From the NCBI GenBank assembly GCA_003427395.1, contig BFEA01000005.1:656625-720624 (forward strand): DNA of 64,000 bases. Reading direction: 5' to 3'. The translations under genes and the position numbers were made by a program. The notes beneath the pieces were generated by a model that was given only the letters and a program-made list of their open reading frames with translations, ran no database searches and was not told where the DNA came from. Below are positions 13,001-25,089 of the stretch, piece by piece; position 1 is the stretch's first letter, and each line of letters begins with the position of its first letter. The stretch is from Chara braunii. Lineage: Eukaryota > Plantae > Charophyceae.

Positions 13001-13244
13001 TTGCAACCGCACATAATTCTCTTAGCCTTTAGAATTGCCTATTTTTCACCCCTTTTTGCTCTTCCCTTTGCTTATCCTAGGTATCTTGGCCGCACCTTTG
13101 GTTGCAACGGCGTCTCTTCCCCCCCCTTTTTCTGGCATGTGTTCAACCCATGGTAGACCTGGTCGCGGCCATCCAATCGGTTCTTTTATACCTATTTTTC
13201 TTTCCCTTTGGTTCTTATTTCTACCATCTTTCCCGACATCTTTC

Positions 13245-14030
13245 CTATGCTGGCTCTTCCGGTCTCTCCCTCTCATCCGATTCCTCAAATAGTCTTGCCA
13301 CCCCTGCGAGATAGTTCTCTCCCATCTCGATCTCCCTTATGATTATTGGCTCGTATTCCTCAAACGACAGACGGGGCGTTCCGAATATCAGGATCTCAAG
13401 AAGTTCCAGCAATTCCCGCGCCCGATTTCCCCAGAACGGCCCGTGCCTTACTGCCACGTCATAGAACATCCCCGTGGCCTGTGGTGAGAAGTAGCGTTCC
13501 CAGATTACGGTTGAATTCACCAGGTCCCTTGCCCGCGCGAGACTCCCAAAAACCAAATCAACCATGAACCGGGGCACCCGACAGCGCAGTCCCGACATAG
13601 GGGCCCTAAAGTCTCGCCATCCCCCTACTTCTACTCGCGTTCTTAATCCCACATTCCGTCTTCCCCTAACCTCATGGCCTATCCGGTTCAGGACCCCGAC
13701 TGCCCTCCGAAACACTGGTAACAACCCATGCCCCAAGGCCAGTCCAGTTCCCAACATTTGCCACCCGATTTCTGGGAAATATAGAGTCCCTGTCACCCTG
13801 AGGTCAGTATATAAGTCGTCTCCTGGCCCCCGATCGAATCTCATGCCACCCCATAGGCATTCGACTTGCATGAAAGCCTGATTCCGTCCTAGGGTCACAG
13901 CCCGCCATTCCGTATCTATCCCCCGGACAATGTAGCTTGCCGGGAGTGACACTTCCCATCCGCCTCCGGTTTCCATGGGCGGTTGCGGGTGCATGTCCCG
14001 CCGGTTTGTACGGACGCGTCTTGCCGCCAT
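13245..14030 (-). CDS. Accessory paralog A, unknown function (~261 aa)
   Basis: Intact ORF, ACCATGG start context; shares motifs with ORFs B-D. Confidence 0.8.
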   Translation of the reverse strand: MAARRVRTNRRDMHPQPPMETGGGWEVSLPASYIVRGIDTEWRAVTLGRNQAFMQVECLWGGMRFDRGPGDDLYTDLRVTGTLYFPEIGWQMLGTGLALGHGLLPVFRRAVGVLNRIGHEVRGRRNVGLRTRVEVGGWRDFRAPMSGLRCRVPRFMVDLVFGSLARARDLVNSTVIWERYFSPQATGMFYDVAVRHGPFWGNRARELLELLEILIFGTPRLSFEEYEPIIIREIEMGENYLAGVARLFEESDERERPEEPA

Positions 14031-14175
14031 GGTTGGCGAATATCGCCTTGCATTCACCACGCACAAAAAAAAAGGGAAAAAGGGAAAAGGAACCTCTCTT
14101 TTTAGTTTTCTTCAAGCCCCCTTATAGCCCGATCCCGCTGATCTACCTTCCCCCTTGCTTTTCTTTTCTGCCCCC

Positions 14176-14940
14176 CTACTCTTCTACCCCCTCGAACAGC
14201 CGGCGGACGTCGTCGACATACGTCAGCCCGCATCCTATCTCGCACCTAGCTATCTCCCACACGACTTCCTCGGTTACCGTCGGTATTCCAGGTCTAGTGC
14301 CCACTACGGCCTGTAGAATGTTTAGCACCTCGTACTCCTGCTCCTCATCGAACGGCCCTAGTTCCAGAAAGGCCCGGTAGTATTCTCGATATACGGTCAT
14401 GTTACTAAAACTCAACCTACCCAGGACTATTACTGCCATCTCAGCACATTCTACCCCTCCCATTCGCTCAAGCAAAAAGGGTGGCAAGACCATGCGCACA
14501 TTTTCATAAGGCAAGATACTAGCTCCTACCTCGACCACCCGGGCGGTCGCCGTCACGTCATCCCGGTCCGGGTTGGCGAACGCAAACCCTTCCCTCCAGG
14601 TCACCTGCCACGCCCCGTCAAACATCCGTACAGGGTCACCGCCATCCGCCAAGGCCACCCCGAAGGTCCGCCATCCCGCCTCCGACAAGTATAGGGACCC
14701 TGTCGCGCGCACCCGTCCTGGCAATTCTAGGTTGGTGCCCCCAAACTCACCCCTTGCGCGCCATTCTAGTTCCACCACCAGGTACACCGTGTCCTCTACC
14801 AGTTCTACCCCAACCCAGTCCATCACCGGATTATACACCCCGCNCCTGGAGGGCAGGCTAACCTCCACCCTTCTATCCAAGAAACGTGGCGGCAAGATCC
14901 CTCGCGGCCGAGTTTCCCAAAGCGTCATACGCCTAGCCAT
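14176..14940 (-). CDS. Accessory paralog B, unknown function (254 aa)
   Basis: Intact ORF; EVSLP, ATGSLYLSEAGW, LADGGDP, PPF, GPF, YVDDVRRLFE motifs shared with A/C/D. Confidence 0.8.
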   Translation of the reverse strand: MARRMTLWETRPRGILPPRFLDRRVEVSLPSRXGVYNPVMDWVGVELVEDTVYLVVELEWRARGEFGGTNLELPGRVRATGSLYLSEAGWRTFGVALADGGDPVRMFDGAWQVTWREGFAFANPDRDDVTATARVVEVGASILPYENVRMVLPPFLLERMGGVECAEMAVIVLGRLSFSNMTVYREYYRAFLELGPFDEEQEYEVLNILQAVVGTRPGIPTVTEEVVWEIARCEIGCGLTYVDDVRRLFEGVEE

Positions 14941-15166
14941 CTCTCGTTACCTGCTCCCGCTCCTCGCTCTTGATTTCTGCATGCACCACGTTAATCAAGT
15001 TCCCTTAGTTCTCGTCTTCTCCCCTTGTCCCCTAGTTACCCTAGCCTCCCCCCTCTCTATTTCGGCCCCCCCCTTCTCTTGTGTACACTACCCCTTCTTT
15101 TAATGTACAATGCCCTTTCTTTTCCCAGTCAATCCCCCCTATTCCCCTGTCTTCCCAGGTTCGTAT

Positions 15167-15918
15167 TCAAATCCATAGGACCTCAAACAGCAAGAAGACG
15201 TCCCCTACATACGAGGGCGCTGCGGCTATTTCCCGACGGAGTATCGCCTCCTCAACTTCCTCTCCTACCTCTAGTTGGTAGTCCTTAAGTTCCTTCAGGA
15301 TCTCGACCACTTCCTCAGCCTGGTCCCCGTGAAACGGCCCGAATCGCAATGACGGCTCGTAATAAGCGTCTGATAACCAGGCGAAGCCTATCTCTACCTC
15401 GTCCATGGATTCCGCTACGGCGCGGATATGTTCGTACCCTCCGAACCAGTCTGCAACAAAATGTGGCACCCTCACCTGGACTAACTGGTAGGGGAGCCTA
15501 AGGTCCTCCCAACCCCCCCATCACGACCCTGCTTCCCACTTCATCCCACCCCTCATTTGCAAAATCCTGCCCCATTTCCCAAGTTAACCGCTCGGCATCC
15601 TCTAAAATCCACATCGGGTCTCGTCCCGCCGCTAGGTGCGTGCAAAACATATACCACCCATTCTTCGAAAGGCACACCGTCCCAAGTGCTTCCACGTTCC
15701 CCTCGGCTATTTCATCCCACGCCTCATTTTCTTGAACCGGATCCCACACCCGTTCTACCCACAAAAAGGACAGTCGGTACCATCTCTACTCCCACCCAGT
15801 CGCAGGCCGCGCCGCGCCACTTGTTCCTTGTTGGCAAGACCATCTCTACCCCGCCCTCAACCCTCCTAGGTGTCCATCCTCTAAACATCCGCGCCCACAA
15901 GCTTTGCTCCCTTGCCAT
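15167..15918 (-). pseudogene. Accessory paralog C with two frameshifts
   Basis: ATG 15918 (MAREQSLW..DWVGVEM). A shift near 15780 leads to FLWVERVW..ALGTVCLSKNGW..LAAGRDP. Removing one G from the G7 run near 15515 restores GGWEDLRLPYQLVQVRVPHF..GPFHG..YVGDVFLLFE. Confidence 0.8.
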
Positions 15919-15979
15919 CCTTGATTCCCTGCACACCCCCGCGCGACCCAACCACTCCGTCCTCAGCCCCCCCTTTTCC

Positions 15980-16792
15980 CTAGAAATCCCATTCCTCGAT
16001 TTCCATCTCATCCTCCTCCTTGGAGTCATTTTCGTTCTCTTTCGGCCACAGGTCCCGTACACCCTCCAGAAAGATTTCCCCTACCGCAACATTCCTGTAA
16101 ACTATCCGCCAGTGCACGTTGCTTGGGACGAACAGGCCGTCTGTGCTGAGATGGTTTAAAATCTCGGCCAGTTCCCTTGCCCAGTTTCCCTCGAAGGGTC
16201 TCATTTCGACCGACAGCCGGAAGAAATCCTGGCGGGCTCCCTGGTGCAACCCCACTCCGGCCATGGCCCTGCATATTCGCACCAACCTACTCCGGGTTCC
16301 AAAGACGGCGTCAACCATGAAGGGCGGCATGACACACCTTAGGGCCCTGTATGGCTTCCGCACGTTTTCCCTATCCCCAAGTTCTACCCGCACATCAACC
16401 GATTCCATCGTCATCCCCACTCGTTGGCACGCAGCCCACACTACTTCCCGCTCGGCCTCCCTGAACAGTTTGTACGGAAGTTTCCCCAAGGCGAGTTCGA
16501 CAACCATCGCAGTCTCCCTCTCCTCTGACAGGTAGATCCATCCCCGGGCTTCCACGGTCCCCCGGAACTCTAAGTCAAATAGGCACAGCGTTATCCTGGT
16601 CAAGGTTACCTTAGTCCACATCGTTTCAATCCATAGGAAGGCATCACTTTCGGCCAGCATTACGGTTTGATAGGTCGGCTCCAGGTCCGTCCACGTTCCT
16701 TCCTCTGGCATTACAACTGATACCCCACTCTTCACATCTACTGGCATCTCTGGTCCATCTGAGTAGGTTGGCGACGCCAGCCACTGCCCCAT
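15980..16792 (-). CDS. Accessory paralog D, unknown function (~270 aa)
   Basis: Intact ORF from ATG 16792; AFLWIETMW, ARGWIYLSE, LALG, RVELG, PPFMVDAVFG, RPFEGNWARELAEIL, FLEGVRDLW match paralog A. Confidence 0.8.
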   Translation of the reverse strand: MGQWLASPTYSDGPEMPVDVKSGVSVVMPEEGTWTDLEPTYQTVMLAESDAFLWIETMWTKVTLTRITLCLFDLEFRGTVEARGWIYLSEERETAMVVELALGKLPYKLFREAEREVVWAACQRVGMTMESVDVRVELGDRENVRKPYRALRCVMPPFMVDAVFGTRSRLVRICRAMAGVGLHQGARQDFFRLSVEMRPFEGNWARELAEILNHLSTDGLFVPSNVHWRIVYRNVAVGEIFLEGVRDLWPKENENDSKEEDEMEIEEWDF

Positions 16793-19273
16793 CCTGCCTT
16801 CTTTATACCGGTGGTCAAGACCTGTTTCGTCCAATGAGCGCACCAATCGGCCCTCGGGTTAGGTCCACCATTATCCTAGATGAGCGTTGTTTTAGAGACC
16901 CCTCATAAAGGTCTCCCTAAAGTTCTCTGCCCGTCCTCCAAGCATATCAGCCAGCGCCACATCCCTAACCAGTCCCCCCCCCCCCAATCGATCACCAGTG
17001 GCTCGCATTCCTTCTTCTTGGTTCCACTTTCTTCCGACTCCTATCCAACCTCTTCCTCATGTTCTCTCTCTCGTGCGGACTCAGACTTGGAGGTGAGAAT
17101 AGACTTAGAAGCTCGGTCCCCGTCCAACGTTCATCCGGCAACTTTACAGAGGGAGACACAAAAGCAAAACCAGGCAAACGTCGCACACAGGTCGGTCATC
17201 TCCTCACCGACCTTTTTCCCAGAAATGGTCTCTCCACTGTTACTATAGGCAGGGTTTTCAGCCCAAACCTCCAGCACAGCTCAACCGTCGCGAGCGCGGT
17301 ACTCAGGTCTCGGCAAGGCATTGGCCCTTTCCTCCTTACCCAGAATACCCCATCCCGACTTGTCGCTTGTGTACCCACCGTTAATCTCGGGAATCACCCC
17401 ACACATCTCGGTAGGGCCATTGGAGCTAGCCGTCCAGGCATTCACTTCCATCGGTCCGATAAGGAACAACTTTTCCCAAGCCATGCTACGAGAATGCTCT
17501 TAATCGCCTCTGAGGCTCCTTCCTTGCCCCATATGCAGTGGTCCCCCTGCTGTCTGCCGACAAGCAGCCGCCCCGCCTGAAGAGGTTTCACATCCCACCT
17601 GGGCAAGGTCATCGAGCCATGCTCGGACAACTCGGGTGAGAATGCTACTAATCAGCCGACGAGACCAACCCTTGCCTGACAGTCCGGTGGCCCGACCCCC
17701 ACACACGGAACCCGGTGAACTTCAAAGAGGACGACCAGTTCGCATCCCGCACCGGCCGACGCAAACCAATCCTTTCCTTCCGAATGGCAGGACGCTCGAA
17801 ATCCCAATCATGCAATCACAAGCCCCAAGTGGGACACACATAACAAAAGTGCCTTTCCCCTGGTGCACCCAGCGCTTCCTACCCTTAGCTCACAAATTTT
17901 CTCTCAGGACAGCCTGTGCCACTCACCCGTGCTTTCCATACATAGTGCCCGGTTCCTTTTCATGAGCATCTTCAAGGGGGAGCTAGTTTTCCCTGGAGTC
18001 TAGCAACTCCGTTCATTCCCTTCATCTTCACTTGTGTGTCCGTTCATAGGGCAGGATTGTTCCTTCTCGATTACTGTTTGTGTTCATATGAGGTTCCTTC
18101 AAGCATTTAAGTGCGGTGCGCGGAGCCCACTGGGCTCCAAAGAGAAGCAGAGAAGCACCCAGGTCGGTCGGATCACTCCGCCGCGGGATTTTCATTGGAA
18201 CCCGGACTGGCCCGGAATCCCAACCGCCTGCCAGGTAACCGGAGGCCTTCTTTCACACGAAGAGGAAGGGTCAACCTGCGGCTTGCCCAAGGCTTCCCCG
18301 GCCTGACGAACATCGGTCCAAGGGAAGGAGGACTAGAGTCATCTTCAAAGAAGATGGATGAGTAAAAGTGCAAACATGCATGTTCTTCCTCCGGGCCTGG
18401 CCTTGCCATGCGCCCAGCCACCCTCAAATCTGATTCTCTCAGAGGATAGAGCACACACAAGTCCAGATTCCTTATCTTTATGTTTGTGTTCTCGGTCATG
18501 CGTCGGGCGCCCCCCTCGAGATCGTATGGGTCAATTTAACCCATACCCGGCACCTCCACCATTTTGTCGGGGCCGAACCTTGAAGGACTTTTGAGCCTTG
18601 GTCGACCCCACTGCGGGTCCCACTTGGCTCGACCCGCCCACGCTCATTCTCGAGGCACGGGTCGTTCGTCCCAGGGGCACCCCCACCTAGTGCTATGAGA
18701 TGGATGGGGTTGGGCCAATAGGGTGAGAGAGCTTGACATTGGGGATGTAGCTCAGCCCTCTAGCCGGGTGGTAGCCTCACTGGTCTAGGTCCGCAGGCGT
18801 AAGGTTTTCGATTCTCCGTTTGTCTTACCAGGCAATTGCTCCTTCCAAGACTCAGGCAGTCCAGGGAGGTTCATTGAGAGCTTTCTCTTCGTTACGGTGC
18901 GTAGGCTAAGCGTTCTCCTTAGGCCACGCACTCCTTCACTAACAACCCTAGTTTCCTATAGCATCATCGGGGCGGCTCGTCCCTCTCCCCCTAGCCCCTA
19001 TCTTTCCTCTAGTCGGCCTACGCATACATCTCCCAGGTCTCGTGACCGCCCTTAGTCCTTCCAGGCGGCCGTACCAAACTCGCGACCCAGCCACAACCAC
19101 ACATCACGGCAAAGTCAGCCTCTGACCCCATCCCCGACCCTTAGTCTTTTCAGGTCGCGCTAGTCATGCAATCGTCAAAGCCCAAAGTCCATCCCGGTCG
19201 TTCGAGATTCAACCCCCTTTCACGCGTTACGGTCCCATGTCGCACAATCCCTTCATTGCCAGATCGTCCAAGC

Positions 19274-19283
19274 CACTTACCTG
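19274..19283 (-). promoter_or_regulatory. Candidate major 5' splice donor in the element 1 leader
   Basis: Minus strand CAG|GTAAGTG, a perfect U2-type donor consensus, upstream of all ORFs. Confidence 0.5.
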
Positions 19284-19915
19284 CAACACATCCAAATAAA
19301 CATGACAATGGCATACGTCCGTCCCCGATGGGGTCAACACACCGCCCCTCATGCAAGTCCAAGTCTTCCCTTTCCTTTTTCCATGCTTTTGGGTGCTTTC
19401 CTTCCTTCCTCACAATCAAACCACACTCTTCTTACTCAGGCATGCAGTTGAGGAGGTGGTTGAGTCGACTGACCTTGTCCAAAACAACACTCCTTTTTGC
19501 TCTCACCAACGTCCTCAATANNNNNNNNNNNNNNNNNNNNNNNNNNNNNNNNNNNNNNNNNNNNNNNNNNNNNNNNNNNNNNNNNNNNNNNNNNNNNNNN
19601 NNNNNNNNNNNNNNNNNNNNNNNNNNNNNNNNNNNNNNNNNNNNNNNNNNNNNNNNNNNNNNNNNNNNNNNNNNNNNNNNNNNNNNNNNNNNNNNNNNNN
19701 NNNNNNNNNNNNNNNNNNNNNNNNNNNNNNNNNNNNNNNNNNNNNNNNNNNNNNNNNNNNNNNNNNNNNNNNNNNNNNNNNNNNNNNNNNNNNNNNNNNN
19801 NNNNNNNNNNNNNNNNNNNNNNNNNNNNNNNNNNNNNNNNNNNNNNNNNNNNNNNNNNNNNNNNNNNNNNNNNNNNNNNNNNNNNNNNNNNNNNNNNNNN
19901 NNNNNNNNNNNNNNN

Positions 19916-19997
<82 letters not shown>
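19916..19997. repeat. (GA)n microsatellite
   Basis: Read directly; adjoins a gap. Confidence 0.98.
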
Positions 19998-20049
19998 GCA
20001 AGTTTCACATCTTAATCGACCTCGATCATCGACTTATCCTAACCGGTGG

Positions 20050-20545
20050 CTGGTCTATGGTGGACGGGTGTAGGTGAAGGGGGGTTGCGGAGGTTGAAGG
20101 TGCATGGACGTAGGTGAAGGAAGGGGGTGGAGGTTGAAGGTGCATGGCTATGGTGGACGGGTGTAGGTGAAGGAGGGGGGGCGGAGGTTGAAGGTGCATG
20201 GCTATGGTGGANGGGTGTAGGGGAAGGAGGGAGGTGGAGGTTGAAGGTGCATGGCTATGGTGGATCGGTGTAGGAGGATGGAGGTTGAAGGTGCATGGCT
20301 ATGGTGGATGGGTGTATGTGAAGGAGGGAGACGGAGGTTGAAGGTACATGACTATGGTGGATCGGTGTAGGTGAAGGAGGGAGATGGAGGTTGAAGGTGC
20401 ATGGCTATGGTGGACGGGTGTAGGTGAAGGAGGGAGGTGGANGGTGTAGGTGAAGGAGGGAGATGGAGGTTGAAGGTGCATGGCTATGGTGGACGGGTGT
20501 AGGTGAAGGAGGGAGGTGGAGGTTGAGGGCGCATGGCTATGGTGG
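20050..20545. repeat. ~50-bp minisatellite
   Basis: Unit GGCTATGGTGGACGGGTGTAGGTGAAGGAGGGAGATGGAGGTTGAAGGTGCAT, about 10 degenerate copies. Confidence 0.95.
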
Positions 20546-20574
20546 GGGGGGGTAGGTGGAGGAGGAGGATGGAG

Positions 20575-23500
20575 GAACTGGCCCAGCCTTTGGTTGACCC
20601 GATCAAACTTCATGCAATACAGTCTTTCTCCCACCCTTCCCCCAGATGCAACCCCACAATTTGCTTTCAATCAGACAAAGAAGCTGAAACTGACATTATA
20701 CATGCGTTCCTTTACTTAGTCTGGTTATGTCATGAAAAGAAAGCAAAAATCATAGGGACAGGCATGCATACACCAATCAAACTACAGGGGGATATGCAAA
20801 CATGGGCGTAGTGGGTTATACAGATAGAGATGGATTACCTGATGGTTCCCTGCCTCCAGAACCTCGCCTAGGTTCCGGCAGAGCTCCCGCAATCGGTGGG
20901 CTGACTCCCCACAGTGTCTTGTTGCAGTCCTACGGGTTGCAATCCCGCCTGCCGCCTTCCTCTCAGAACTGGATTAGACTTAAGAGTAAGAAAGGCAGAA
21001 GATAGGGGCTTCAGACTCTCGAGATACAAGAAGGGACAACTCAACTCTCAGGAGAGGGCCTTGATACCTTCATTCGCCTGAGGGTCTCGCAATGGTACCC
21101 AATGTAACAGCTTGGTCAATCCAAAGTCAAACTGCTGAACTCAACCCTCCTGTCAAACCCTTAATTCGCAGTAATAGCCCCCCTTCTCAAGCCAAATCGC
21201 ATCACATAGCGGTCTGTAGCAGTTGGCAATAGCCGGCAGTTGTGCGCAGCAGTATGTGGCAATCAACAGCAGGCGGCAGTAGCAGTTTGCGTGCAGTAAG
21301 CAGCTGTGGTTTGTGCACGGCCAACAGCAGCCCACAGGAGTAGTCCACGCACATTCAATCAACAGCAGCAGTCGTGCATAGTAAAAAACAGCAGCAACTG
21401 TGAAAAGTAAAAAACAGCAGCAGTCGTGCATAGTCACAAACAGCCGCAGCCGTTCATGCACAGCCCACAGGAACAGCAGCCAATCGCAGCAGTCAGCCGC
21501 AATATGCAGCAGCTGCTTTGTCTCTCACCAGCTGCTCACCCACACATATCGACTACACAGTCCTCAGTCGCCACAGGCCTGCGGCCTAAAAGGCACAGTC
21601 GACAGACGCTGCAGCAGTTCGCGACAGCCAGCCCTAGCAGCCACCAGCAGTAGTCAGCAGCAGCAGCCAACCGTAGTACGCAGCAGCAGCCAACCGTAGT
21701 ACGCAGCCGGCAGCAGCAGCCAACTGTAGTACGCAGCAGCAGCCAACCGTAGTACGCAGCAGCAGCCAACCGTAGTACGCAGCCGACAGCAGCAGCCCCC
21801 TCAGTCAATAGTTCAACCCCACAATCCCTTCCGCCCTGGAACTTCCAACTTTCTAGCAGAACTTCGGACTGCAGATCCTCAATGAGGCCTGATACTCAAG
21901 TATTACCTTGGTTACCGAAATACTCCAACACATCTGCTCAGAAAGCAGGAGCTCAGAGACACAGTACTAATGGCGACTCAAGTCCGAACTCAAGTGTCGA
22001 TGAACACATGCATTGGCTACCACCGAAAATATGAACGGAGCCCTTTTCTCTTCCCGGCACCCTGTGCCCAAATTGAGATTCCACAGCTACTCTACCAGGC
22101 AAAACCTCCCACTACGACCTCGATCAGCATCCTCCTGAGTGCATGCAAGCGTCGTTCATACAGACTATCACGATAACCAGGTATATACACTCACCCTCCA
22201 AATCATTCCTCCTATCTTCACTGCTTTGTCTCTTCCTCGTGCATGTGGGTCGCTGCGCACACCTACTCCTCCTCCACTTCTTGTAATCTGCCGTGTACCC
22301 GGTCGCAAAAGAAGGCTAGATTCAGTCATGACGGAAGGGGGGGGGGTCTGGTAGAAACACGGCTACGAGGGTCGAGGCAACGACCCCCAAGTGCACGACT
22401 ATGAACACGACGATGAGCTGAGACGCCCAGCTACTCGCCAAAAGGTGCGAATTGAGAATGAACCTTCCACTAGAACATGAGCCAGATACACCCTCGGCAT
22501 AGGCTGCGCAGGTAAGCTTCCTACTCCTTGGCCCGCTCCCTGCTACTTCCGACAATAGGATGAGCAACACCAAATGAACTCTCCGGCCGAACCTGGTCAG
22601 GTGTCGTGCACGTAAGCGCAGAGCCGCACGTGGCTCCGGCCGACAAGGTAAGTCCTTCGCTTTTAAACGAGGGAAGATACACCGGCACCCTCGCTCATAG
22701 TGAGAACTGGCTCGCATGGACAACAGAAACGACCGCCGTGGAAAACAAGGAGATTGACCTCCATGACAACGATGGGTGGCCTACCAAAGCACAAAAAATG
22801 AGAAGGAATCCCCCACGAGAACATAGGGCGCACACTGCTTCTCCAACCCCGCGTGCAAAGAGAGAACTAGTCATTGTTTCCATCGTCAAAGCGAGCAAGA
22901 TCGGAATGAATCTTTCGCAAGAACCCAGGTAAGTTCATTCCTTTTTCCACATATCTCTTCTTCCTCACGCAAGCTCTAATCTATATGGCGCCAAACCCAC
23001 TGTGTCGTTGCCAAATCTAACCGCACAATCTAACTCGTCCTGCTCCAAAGCCTCGAAAAGGCTTTCGAACGATCAGAATCGGTCTAGAAACGACCGAATC
23101 ATTCCACTCCCCCCCCTGGCTTTCCTCCTCACCGCCATGCTCAGCGCAGCCCACTTCCCCCGTAGCTCCTTTTTTTCTAGCCCTTTGCTAAATTCGACTT
23201 CAGAATCAGATTCGCCCGCCCTTGAAACCTCAACCTAACACTTTCTCCTACCCGATTTCAACAAGAATTGTAGCATCGTTCTCCCACCATAGCCACTCCC
23301 TCGTTTTTCACCCTCGAGTGCACCCGGTGTGATCTCCGTCCGGGTTCATCCGTTGCCTTGGTTGCCTCCGCTCCCCACTACTCTAGCGCTCATCTCCTAC
23401 AGCGCTGTCACTTCGCCCGCTATCGCTCGGTGCTGCCCGGCCAGCCCCGCTAGTATTCTGCACGCACCCCACACAACCTCCCGTACAGATTCCCTCCATC

Positions 23501-24783
23501 GAGCACATCTTCCCGTGCTACTTCGCCACTCGACCGTGACCAGCGGCCACGAGATCATCGGTCAACCACTCCCTTCGAACCACAACGAGCACAAATGAAT
23601 CTTCGACCGTTTTAACCCACAGCCGGACGCTCCCGCATGGCTTACGCAGGTATGAACGAGTGACTACTTGCTGCTTCTAGATTTATACTTCTTCAACTCG
23701 TTGGTCTGCCTCCCTACTTGCCCCAGTGTACCTAGTCCCATATGGTACTTGCCGGCTAGACTTGAGGGGACTGGGACTGGACACTGCTGTCTTCTGCACA
23801 GGCGGACTCCAACGGCCAGCCCTCTGGTCTTAGCCCCGCCGTGGATTCTGGACAGTTTCCATCAGCCCATTTTCGAGACTGCCCTCAGCCTTTCGCTAGC
23901 GGCCTTGACCCTTGAGAGCTGTCGCAGCTATGACCTTGACTTTTGAAAGATCTATAGCAACCGAGGCCTACGACACAGGCCACAGGTCCAGCGCCCGATA
24001 CGACAAAAATAAGAAAAGGTAAACAATAAAAAAAATAAAAATTAAGAAAAACTCCTAACTAGTGAAGGGGTATAAACGGAAAAAGAGAGCGGGCCTATCG
24101 ACACTTCCCCGGTCCTACAAAAACGGGCCCGCGGTCGAGCTACCTCAACAAAACTGAGAGGGATACCCTCAACTCCTCAGCCCCTTCAATGCTCTAACGC
24201 TCCCACACCGCCGCCCACAGGTCTTGATCCCCGTACCTTCGCAGCCATAGTCCGGTGCCGTAACCTATAGGGCTAAGCCCAAGCCTGGGACTAATGCGCG
24301 CGGTATCCTATATAAACGGGTGTTGCGCAGCCCCCAGGCCTAGAAAAACAGCCCGGCCCTCATCCCTTCTTCTAACTAAGCATACTGTCACTAGGCCTCC
24401 GCGCTGGCTTGCCCTCTCGCGCCGCGACTACCTTGTGCCCCACCTCGTACATCGGCCTACCAGTGGTCAACCATTCTGAGTAAAAACAAACCTTTTATTC
24501 CTAGTAACAAAAAATTCAGGCCGGCCAACTAAGCCGGCTGTTTAATCAAACGGAGGAATCACATGCGCGCCTTAAGACTGCGCGCCCACTCACGCTCTAC
24601 TCTAGTCAACCACCCCACCAATGTAACCCAACAAACTTAGCCGCGACTCGCACGGTACACTTAGATTTTTAAACTTACTTCCTGTCACTTGCAAAAACCA
24701 GGGCTTAGATTTTTAAACTTACTTCCCGTCACTTGCAAAAACCAGGGCGGATACCGTTGTCAGGGTATTCGCACCGACAGCGC
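20575..24783 (-). mobile_element. Family X large non-coding repeat, copy 1 (truncated by the minisatellite)
   Basis: 20575-21080 is the reverse complement of 29690-30183 and matches 45000-45440; 24556-24783 is the reverse complement of 25966-26150. Confidence 0.8.
21200..21800. repeat. CAG-rich low-complexity tract with CAGCAGCAGCCAACCGTAGTACG repeats
   Basis: Read directly. Confidence 0.9.
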
Positions 24784-25089
24784 TGGCCAAATTTTCCCAT
24801 TTTTCTTAGTCTTTTTCTTGACGGCACACTTCGACGTCATGGGGGTAGCGAAATGCTGCCGAAATTTTTGAAAAACTCCAAAAGTTAGTTTCCCTTCACT
24901 CTCCTCCACCTCTTTATTTATTTATTTATTTATTTATTTATTTTTCTGAAAATTTTAATTTGCGGCGTTTTGAAAGTTAGTGTGCTCCTCTTGCTTTTTC
25001 CTTCCTCTTGGCACATTTTTGACCCCATGTGGGGTGGGAAAATGCTGTCGAAAATTCCAAAAAAATAAATATTATCTCTCCTCACTCCT

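Larger units (their letters stand above)
1..19520 (-). mobile_element. Large non-chromovirus Ty3/Gypsy LTR retrotransposon with accessory ORFs (element 1); 5' end lost in the gap, 3' LTR runs off the window
   Basis: Minus-strand order: leader, 4 accessory ORFs, gag(CCHC)-protease, RT(YIDD), RNase H, integrase(GPY), extra ORF, PPT, TG-starting LTR. The RT-RH-IN order is Gypsy-type. Confidence 0.9.

Noticed and set aside
16880-18499. Fifth member of the accessory paralog cassette
   Set aside because: Only short stop-interrupted frames, with none of the shared motifs; further decayed ORFs cannot be excluded
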